From the NCBI RefSeq assembly GCF_009914755.1, contig NC_060927.1: a stretch of 64,000 nt of DNA. One strand, written 5' to 3'. Origin of the DNA: the human T2T-CHM13v2.0 reference genome, Homo sapiens. The position numbers and the translations under genes are program-made. The notes below the pieces were generated by a model. The model saw nothing but the letters and a program-made list of their open reading frames with translations. It did not search any database and had not been told where the DNA came from. Positions 54,660 through 64,000 of this stretch are shown here, one piece after another (position 1 is the stretch's first letter; the number at the start of each line of letters is the position of its first letter).

Positions 54660-54980
54660 CGCCGCGCGCGCGCACAGACACACACACAGAGACACACAAA
54701 CACACACAGAAAAGACACACACGCGCACACACGGCGCGCACACCCTCACGCCCGCCACAGCCACAACACGCCCGCACGCGCCCTCCCTCTCCGGCCCGCA
54801 ACTTCTCGGTCCTCGGCTCCTTTGTTGCTCCAGCCGCGGCCGCTCGCCCGTGTTGTGTGTCCCCGGTGTCACCGAGCGTGTTGTGTGTCCGTGCGGCGCG
54901 GCGCTGTGTGGCTCCCTCGCGCCCACCACGCTGGCCCCCGGGCCCCGGCTCGCCCTTCCCAGGCGCCGGCTGCAGCAGAG
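54660..54980 (+). other. BOC: BOC non-coding first exon 1A (start approximate)
   Basis: Consensus donor GAG|GTGAGT at 54980/54981 inside the CpG island; TSS cannot be fixed from sequence. Confidence 0.75.
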
Positions 54981-55499
54981 GTGAGTCACGTCGCTGAAGT
55001 TTGTTTTCTTTTCATAAAAAGTTGTGTTTACTGTTGGTTCGGGGAGAGGAGGGGGCGGGAGGCGGCCGCAGGCCGAGGCAGCGCCAGCGAGTGGCTGCCG
55101 GGGGACGTGCCGGCGGCGGGAGCCGGGTCCCAGCGCTCGGCCGGGCGCCCGGGGCTGGGAGCTGCGGCCGAGGCTGGGCGCGCCGGGCGCCGGGCGAAGA
55201 AGTTGGGGCGAGGCGGGCAGCGGGGGTCCCGGGGGCTGCAGCCGCTACGGGGCCCAGGGGCGCCGCATCTCGTTCCCTGCCGCAGCGGTCTGGCCGGGCG
55301 ATGGTGGTTTCGCCTCAGCGGTTCCCAGAAGCTTCTCGGGTGGAAGAAGGATCCAGCCAGCCTCCCAAACTTCCACCGAAGGTTGACACCAGCGCCCCGG
55401 CCCCATGCTCCAGGCCGTGGGGGGAACCCGAGGCGTGGCGGCAAATGCGTAGAGTCACTCAACACGCACTCGGCCTCTTTGGAGGGTGAGGGTTTCTCA

Positions 55500-55657
55500 T
55501 AGTTGGCGTCTTCTAAAGGAAAAACACTAAAATGAGGAACTCAGCGGACCGGGAGCGACGCAGCTTGAGGGAAGCATCCCTAGCTGTTGGCGCAGAGGGG
55601 CGAGGCTGAAGCCGAGTGGCCCGAGGTGTCTGAGGGGCTGGGGCAAAGGTGAAAGAG
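55500..55657 (+). other. BOC: BOC alternative non-coding first exon 1B (start approximate)
   Basis: Donor GAG|GTGTGT at 55657/55658; recalled BOC mRNA joins '...ggggcaaaggtgaaagag' to 'tttcagaacaagcttcc' (memory, not searched). Confidence 0.6.
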
Positions 55658-58600
55658 GTGTGTGTGTGTGTGAGAGAGAGAGTTCGTGTGTGCGTGTACG
55701 TGTGTGCGCGCGCGTGTGTGCGTGTTCGCGCCAGCAGCGTCCTCCTGGGGTTTTTGTTGATGTAACTGTGAGAAGGTGTGGGAAATGAATCTCTGGAACC
55801 AGTGGGACGGGGCTGTGGGGAGGGCAGGGAACCCAGGAAGAATTTTCATGGGGGTGTTGAAGGGCCTGCTTGACTTTCAGGATGTTCAGTATTAATTTGC
55901 TTTTCCAGGTGATGGGAGAATGCTGAGGGATGAGAGAGGCAGGCAGACCTGAAGGAGTTAATGGAGCCTCGGGGATTTGTTTGGCAGAGTTTTGTTTTGG
56001 GGATGGGGGTGGCAGTGCCAGAGTTGCTTGGAACAGAGTTGTGCTCCTCCAGAGATGTGGCAGTAGAGCTAAGAATACCGAAACCACACACCAGCAATCC
56101 CAAACAGGCACTTTTTGGGTGTGGTGGGGTGTTCTGCTGCTCCCCTCATCCCTTCTCTGCAAGTTCAAATGGGTTCGCCTAAGTTTTTGACCCAGAGTTA
56201 CCTCTTTGAGTGGACTGAGTGAAGATTATATTTTGATTTCAGGCCCTTGTGCCACCTGCAGATGCACTGTGCCCAGCACACATTTGTCACCTAGTTCTTT
56301 GTTGTCCAGAACTCGGTACACATTGACCATTGGATGAATGTCATTTTAAAACTTCAGTGTGCAGACATTTCTGATTTATTCCACGACTGGGTCTTAAACA
56401 GGCAGCCCAGCTCTGTGATGGTTTTTTTCATCCCTTTGGTTACAGCCAATAAATCAATCTTCGTTTTCTTAAGGGCAGCATGGAAAATATTAAACCACAG
56501 TCTTGGGCTGCTTGTGGGGGCTAGGATGCCCATACATCTGGGTGACCTGTTTTCTGAACTTAAAGTAAATCTGAGGCAAGAGGTTAGCCATTTTGAGGTG
56601 TGTAACAGGTTTCCCAGAAACATTTCTGAGGTCTTATAATTGGTACTTTTTAATGGTCTCATAATTGAGACCCAGAAGCTTCTCGTGGTGATCTGAAAGC
56701 ACCTTGGGGTCAGTGGGACAGAGGCCGGGCAGAAACAGCAGTAGAGTTATTATTTTCCTGCTATGAGTTTTTCAAATGAGTTTATGCAAAGAGGTAAAAT
56801 GAAAGAAAGAAGAGTTGCCTCATTGGGCCACTTTGCTGACACTGTCCTCCCCTGTATAGATTTGTCACTCAGAATTTGGGCCTTGAGGAGGCTGGAGGGT
56901 GTCTACACATTTATGAAGCCTGAGGATTGAGACCTCAGACACTGTCTCTTTTATCCTCTATCGAGATACTTCAGAAATGCTTCACTGCAAGAGACATTCG
57001 CTAGGGAGCAGTTGTCCCCCACGCCATAGGCCACTGGCTTTACTTGGGAAAAGAGGTTGCTAGAAGCCAGAATGGTTGATTCTTTGACTACAACTGGAGA
57101 GGGAGGGTGTGGGGAAAAAATAGAGAGGACTCTGCTTAGCTGTTAATTGGTGAGCCAACTCTTGGTAAGCTGTGTGATTTATGTTCCTTTCCACCCTCCA
57201 AATGGGTCCAGAGATTTTCCCTTTTTTTGAAGTGCTTTTTCAAGTGTTTGGGATCCCGGCTCTCTTCAACAACATGGTTTCCATGCCCTAAGAATGAATA
57301 AGAGATTTTACCCATGAAATAATTCAGTTGACTTTCACATGGACCCCCCACGGTTTGAAAAAGGAGAGCAAGAAGTGAGCCTGATGTGTCATAGTGTTCC
57401 GTGTCCCCTAGGGGGTCTGGGTTCAAATTTCGGCAAAGCCACTGATGTGGTTAATGAATTAGGGTTTATCTCTGTGTCTTTCAAACTACAACAGAAAACT
57501 CAGGTGCACCAAATAATTGCTATCCAATACCTTGTGGCCTCTGAATAAGAAAATATTAACTTGGCACCAAAAGATATTATATATTTGGAAGTTGCTTTCT
57601 TTCCTCCAAACTCTAAGCCCTCTTGCTGTCTGGGAAAATATGGGACAGGAGAAAAGAATCGAAATTTGAGAGGGAGAGGAAAGAAAATAATATGTTCCAT
57701 TTAGAAAAATCTATTTACTCTAACATATGTAACTTCTTGTCATCTCCATACTTCAATTCAGCAAACATTTTTAGTGCATCAGGCACCAGGCTGAAAGCTT
57801 CCTTGTCCCAGGAAAGTAAGCTTTATTAGTCAAATGATGGTTCCTCCTCAGTTTTTATTTATTGTACAAGCATCTACTTGTAATTAAGAAAATGTTTTTT
57901 AAATTATCCACAATCCTATGGACTTGTGTTGCTCATCATGTGCATGCATACTTTTGACATAGTTGTGATAAGAGTATGAACTTTTGTCATCAGACAGCCC
58001 TGAAGTGTCTCTACATTTTTGACTAAAGACTCAGAGAACAGATGTAGCCAACTACTTTGCTGTTGGTTGGAAAGACCCAAATCCTAAGTGTGCTCCCACA
58101 TGGAGCCTTAACATGTAACATTTTCATAATTTATGAGGTTGACTCAAATATTTGGGGTTAGGGGGTGGGATGGGAGAGGGTGTTTGTTTTTAATCTATAA
58201 ACCCGTGTTTATGAAAAGCTTGCCTAAAGAAGGTTTTGCTTCTTTGGAGCCCTCAGGGTTGGTAACGGATAGAGAAGAGGAGGTGGAATGCAGGAAGGAA
58301 GGTTTAGAGGATCCATCTCAAATGGCACTGCCTTTAGGAGGGTTAGGAAACTGGGGTTGGAATCTAAGCTCTGCCTGTGAACTCCATTCACACTGACTCA
58401 AACCACTGAACTAATCTATTCCTACATCTCTACTGCCACCCAGTTAGACACCTTCCCCAAGTTTGCCTGCTCTTTCCTGCCCTTCCTTTTATTACTCCAC
58501 CATCTTTTTCATTCCTGCCACCACCAGACTTGTTGATGCCCTTGACAATTGTTGCTGGCACGTGGCTGGGCCCCCAGTGCCAACCTGTGACCATCCCACC

Positions 58601-59150
58601 CATTCTCCATGAGTCCTATAATCAAGTCACCACCCAGCTTTAAAACAACCTAGGTTTAAAACCCTAATTTCTTAAAGCTCTGCTGTGTAGCTCTGTCCTA
58701 CCTCATGATAGTATTACTTCAGTAGGAGCCACCTTCTCCAATCTAGCAGCTGACCCTTGGTTTTTGCTGAGTTCATTCCTTGCCCTCTGTATTATCACCC
58801 CAAATCCCTTCCATGTAAGCCTGACTGATTTTATATGAGGCCTGTTTATAATGTGTTCTTAAGAAATATTTGATGACTATTGATGAAAATGGACTGCTGA
58901 ACATAAAGGTAATGGTTTTGTAAAGTACAATCATTGTTCTTAATCCGTTGTTCATTTCAGCAGGGAGCCAGGAAACTGGACATTTCGGGAGGCCTATGGT
59001 CTTAGAAAAATCGCTTTTCTACTGTTTTCTTATTTATAAAATGTATTGATAAGGACTTACTATGGTTTATATCAATGCACCTTGTAAAAAGCAAATACTT
59101 CAGAACTGTTTATTTTGTTCAAAAGATGAGATAATTCTCTTTTTCCTCAG

Positions 59151-59242
59151 TTTCAGAACAAGCTTCCTGGAACCCATGACCCATGAAGTCTTGTCGACAT
59201 TTATACCGTCTGAGGGTAGCAGCTCGAAAGTAGAAGAAGTGG
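59151..59242 (+). other. BOC: BOC 5'UTR exon 2 (92 nt, non-coding)
   Basis: Acceptor 'ttctctttttcctcag|' and donor 'TGG|GTGAGG'; sequence 'aacaagcttcctggaacccatgacccatgaagtcttgtcgacatttataccgtctgagggtagcagctcgaaa' recognised from memory as BOC mRNA 5'UTR. Confidence 0.8.
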
Positions 59243-60184
59243 GTGAGGTTTTCTGTTCAGTCTGATAGCTCTGGCCTATTAGGTCAGCCATTTGTTCATG
59301 TTTTGTGTTACCACTTAGAGATAGTTTTTCTCATCCTCAAGTATTGGGAGTCCAACTTTGAGTGGAATCTGGACTAAACTTCAGGTTAGTTCTAGCTCGG
59401 TTCATATGCTCTTTTAGTCAAAGCCTGTGATGGCTATGTGAACCCCCTTGCTCTGTGGCAAGCTCTGTCAGACATGTTAGATACAAACCGTTTACTATGG
59501 GATTTGGAGTCCAAGCTTGCTGTGAAAAAGTCCCGCGTAGGTTTGGGTGAGGAAAGCCATGTGTTTATGTCTCTGTCAGTGGTATCACAGCAAATGCCTT
59601 GTGGTCTGATGTACTGGGCAATGTTTATCTCACAAAAATCAGCGGGATTGTGATTCTTCCCATCTTCTGAAATAAAGTTAGGAAATAATTTCTCTTTTCC
59701 TAATAGTGAATTTGGCCTTCTCTTCAAAGAAGGCCTTTGATGTTTGGGACAGGATTATTGGGCAGTAAGAGGAAATCAGAGCAGAAAGACACAGTTAACC
59801 TAATTCAGTTGCCAGAGAAAATGTTGAGGAAAGTCTCAACCCGTTCTGCTGGTTAGCAAAAGGAAAGTGCATAATATGGGTAGGGTGGGTAGGGTTGAAG
59901 AAAAATTACCCGAAGCTGAGCAGTGGAAAGTAGAGCAAAGAATGTTTATTCTTCTCCAAAGTGAGTTTGGACAGTATTGGACAAGATGAAGGTGGTGAAG
60001 TAGGTGGAGGTTGGCGCCTTCATCCTTTCAACAATGCTTGCTGTGTGCCTGGCATCAGGTGTGGGCTGGCAGGAATTAATACCAGAGCCCATGCGCCATC
60101 CAGAATCCTATTACTGGCCTGAAGGGAAACGCAGAGCACTGCCATGCAAACTCTAGGGTTGAAGTGCTTGGAATGGGTCCGTTA

Positions 60185-60613
<429 letters not shown>

Positions 60614-62304
60614 TTATCTCTCCTTGTATGTGTTGTTCATTATTTTCTTCCCTAAAACTCATTTTCCTCAGTGAATGGTAGGCCTAAGTATGCTTGAGAC
60701 ACAACATTTCATGTTCAGCATAGTTTTTTTTTAAAATACTTTTTGGAAAGTTAAAACCTGGTATCAGCATTAACTGTGCAAAAACGCAGAAATCTGGGTC
60801 TTAAGTTCCTAAAACCAATTATTGAGTGGCTTTCGGGGAGAAAAGGAGAAGTGTGTGTTTTTGTAAAAATTTTCATCTACATGAGATTTTAGCTGAGAAT
60901 CCTAGAAATACATGCCTGAATTCAGCTTTTTACCTTTCAATTCCATTTGCCATTTGTTTTACCGTCTGTGGCTCTGAAATCATTCCCACAGTACCAAGTG
61001 AGGAGACATTTATTTTAAGGACGTGAAAGTTGCCGGGCTCTCAAGTTGCCCAGAAACTTCCTTGACTGCTAAGAGGAAGATAGCACACAGGATGGGAGCT
61101 ACAGGTGAGGAAAGCGGAGCCTGTGGAACCGGCTGGCCGTGGAGGCCTTGGAGCCCCCGCCACCAAGTCTACGTTGGAACTGGACTTCGGAAGAGAGCCC
61201 TCCCCCACCTTCCCTGGCTCTGCCAGTATTTTTCCAGATTACTCCCAGCCAAGTGCCTTTACTAGTCTGAGCTCACCTAATATTACAATCCTAGCAGGTT
61301 TATTAGGTGTGGGTCACAGTTAATTGGAGAGGAAAATTGGGGAGTTCTGGGTTTATTCGTTTTTCTGTGAAAGCAGAGGCTGCTCTGTCTTTCTGTTTTC
61401 GGTCTTGTGACTATCATTTCATAGTGGTGTGAGGGGAGCTCTTCCCTCTTACATAGCTGTGCCCAAGTGAGAGAGACTTAAAAATGCAGTCAGTCAACAC
61501 AGTGCCCTCTTTTGCAAGTGAGACCACATCAAGTCATGGAAATTCACAGCTGTTTACCTCTGTCATTATGAATGGATGTTTTGTAGTGAACAAGTTATAT
61601 ATGAATCTGCTGTATTATAGCCAAGAGTCTAATGGATCATCCAATGTACAGACTTCTGAAATAATCACCTGCAACCCTGCCTTCAGAGTTTTTGTGGTCT
61701 GCCATCTGCGAAGGCCCCACAGTCAGGTGCTTTTCATTCTATAGGCTTCTGTTGCAGAGCTGGAGGCTGGGAAGTTAGGCCTGGCTTTGCCTGTCTGGAC
61801 TGTGGCAGCTTGCCAGCAAGTGTCACTGGGTGGTCTTCAACAATGGGAGAAGGGGGGTGGGGGAGCTCAGCTCTCCTCCCCAAAGAGGAACAACAAGGTG
61901 GCTTTCTATAGGTGGGTTTTGCATTGGCAACCAGTCCCTTTGTCACTGACACACCATATAGGTCTTGAGTGTGGGTGAAAAGAATTGAACAGGTTGTCCA
62001 AAGGTGGTATTGTGATGGGGTTAATGTGTGTTCCAGATTTTACAAATGAAGCCTTGTGTTTATGTGGCAAGCCTCCCTCCCAAGAGAAGGAGCACACACA
62101 AGCAGCAGGTACCCTTCATCGTGTGAGGGAAGAATTATTATTCTCACTTGGCATGGGAGACGCAAACCTCCCGGTGCAGGCTTTCACCCCATCGCTTAGG
62201 GAATTAACGGTGGACCTGGAGGGCAAACTGAGGTTGGTTTGTCAGTGCCAAAGAGGCAGAGCTACCTGCCTCCACTGCCCTTCCAGCGATGGAGAGAATG
62301 TAAC

Positions 62305-62530
62305 TGCCATTTAATGAGCACCTACTGTGTGCCAGGCCTTGTGTTAAAGCACTCCAAGCATTATCCCTGCAATCCCCCAGCAGTCCTGGGAAAATGGGCA
62401 TTATTATCCTATTCCACAGATAAGGAAGCTGAAGCTTAAATAATTGTAGGGACTTGTTCTAGTCTCACAGCTGGTAAATGGCAGAGCCAAGATGTCATTG
62501 CAGGTCTGCCGAGTCCAAAACTCAAGTTTT
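62305..62530 (-). mobile_element. MIR
   Basis: 'gagcacctactgtgtgccaggc...ttccacagataaggaagctgaagctt...tggcagagcca'. Confidence 0.85.
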
Positions 62531-62729
62531 TCATGAAAAAGAAACGAAGCAAGCTTTCCCGCAAAGCAGAGCTCTTCTAGCTTCGGGAAAACTGTCTTTT
62601 ACAGCTAACAAAGTGTAAGGGGTAGGTGAGGGTCTTTATAAGACTTGCTGTTAAGAGACTCAAATTTAAAACTGGGACTACAGCTAGGAGATTCTGAATG
62701 GCTCAGCAGCAGCCCCACAAGAGAAGCCA

Positions 62730-62803
62730 GGCTTTGTGGCTTGGCTGGTGTCAGACTTTGCGGCCAATGGCTTTGTGGCATAGCTGGTGTCAGACTTTGC
62801 AGC
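62730..62803. repeat. Tandem duplication, 39-bp period, ~1.9 copies
   Basis: ggctttgtggcttggctggtgtcagactttgc at 62730 and ggctttgtggcatagctggtgtcagactttgc at 62769. Confidence 0.92.
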
Positions 62804-64000
62804 TAGTGGTGAAAGCGACCTCCAACTTAGGTTTCATCTCAGAATATGTCTCTTATTTCTTCCCCCTTCCCCTGGGATGTTGTCTGAATTGGCTGTCCTG
62901 AGTCTGCTGCTTCTTAATCTGCCAGATGAATCCTTTTGCTCCTAGGATCTCTGCAAGTCTGATCAAGCAGGTCCTCCATGCTCTTGGTGGGGTGAGGGGG
63001 AGAAGATATTTGGCCAGTAGATACTTTTTACTGGTCAGGAGAAGTGGCAGCTTGTACAGAAAACACCCTGGGGAAGGAAGTAGCAGCTTTGACAGACAGG
63101 TAACTGACAGAAGATGGTACCTTCCAGGCAAATACTCATAGAGCAGCCACCAGAAAGAATTCGACAGGCAGTTACCTGCAGAACAGTAACGCAGACCTCT
63201 CTACTGGCTTAGGAGAGTGATGGCAATTTGGCTGCAAAGGACATGTAGTTAGTTACCCTTGTTCCTTGTTTTTTTGTAACAAACATGGAAAACCTGAAGC
63301 CACGGTTTTCTGGGTTTGGGGGCACACAGGACACCTGGGTTTAAGATATAATTATGTGACCAGCTACTTGGGTAATGGAAATGAGGTCATGGAAACTCAG
63401 TGTGACTTTATTTCCCTGTTTTTATATGCTGCCTACTCGAACATTATGAGGAAGCAGTGAAATGGGAGAGGCGTTCCTCTAAACGTGAGAAGTGCCTTCT
63501 CACCTCAGAAGCCCAAGGCCGTTGGCTTCTGTGCTTGCCCAAGTTGAGTTAGGAGATGAGAAATTGTAGGGAACTGGCCAGAGGTTAGAGTCTGGGGACA
63601 AGGGATTCATCTGCTTCTGTGGTTCTGTTTTTATTTCTCAGGGCAGGAGCCTGGATTAGAGGCATTTTGGTCGTGTTGTCAGAGACCCTCCTGGATCCCT
63701 CCAGACAAGCTGCCTTTCCCAGCCTTGTGGGATCGGGCAATGTAGGGTCTCAGGTCCAGGAGGAATTGAGAGAGGAAAAGGACTCGTGGCCAAATAATTC
63801 TGGTTAACATTCTTTTTTGAGAGAGGAAGGAACAGAAGGCATCTGTGAAGTTTCCGGAGTTCCCATCTGAGACAACAGAAGTCAGGAATGAATCTTATTA
63901 GAAGAAGGGTGGAGTGCTGGGAAAGATGGCTGTGTTGCAGGAAGGAGCCATATTTCTGGAGCCACTTCCAAGTTTGAGATTGTGCAGCATCCTGGTTGAG

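Larger units (their letters stand above)
54440..55740 (+). promoter_or_regulatory. BOC: CpG island / promoter of BOC
   Basis: Abrupt high GC and dense CpG against a CpG-depleted background; GC boxes (gggggcggga at about 55051); two splice donors inside. Confidence 0.9.

Noticed and set aside
54331-55502. Long overlapping ORFs in the CpG island (331 aa, 217 aa, 162 aa, 156 aa and others)
   Set aside because: Stop codons are scarce in very GC-rich DNA. The ORFs occur in many frames on both strands, are Ala/Arg/Gly/Pro-rich and low complexity, translate CA repeats, and the longest starts at a non-ATG codon and reads through the exon 1A donor. No domain is recognisable.
55527-56168. 213-aa minus-strand ORF
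   Set aside because: It crosses a GT microsatellite (HTRAHTRTRTH), has no recognisable domain and lies antisense in an intron.

Overview
This is primate (very probably human) genomic DNA, AT-rich and dense in Alu, L1, L2, MIR, LTR and DNA-transposon fossils. I can support no intact protein-coding exon, RNA gene or CRISPR array. The supplied ORFs are repeat-derived, fall in the GC-rich island, or are chance short frames. The main genic feature is a CpG-island promoter at about 54.4-55.75 kb. It has two alternative non-coding first exons (donors at 54981 and 55658) and a 92-nt non-coding exon at 59151-59242. I recognise this from memory as the 5'UTR of BOC, the Hedgehog co-receptor Brother of CDO, on the + strand; the coding exons lie beyond the window. 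The first ~54 kb is upstream flank. It includes a decayed ERVL (LTR16/HERV16-like) provirus with readable PBS, protease and RT motifs, cut off by Tigger1, plus near-complete MER6, MST, MER34-family and MER45 elements and several insertions with intact target-site duplications. I found no convincing new multi-gene system. The least explained signals are (i) two spaced local duplications of apparently non-repeat sequence, 56 bp at 5.5/8.5 kb and ~185 bp at 50.6/52.7 kb (the latter dropped into an old L1 just upstream of the promoter), (ii) two uATGs in the 5'UTR exon, (iii) three evenly spaced Z-DNA-prone tracts around the promoter, and (iv) consensus GLI sites in a Hedgehog-pathway gene. Gene identity and repeat subfamily names come from recalled consensus sequences and need BLAT/RepeatMasker confirmation. 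Boundaries of old repeats are approximate.
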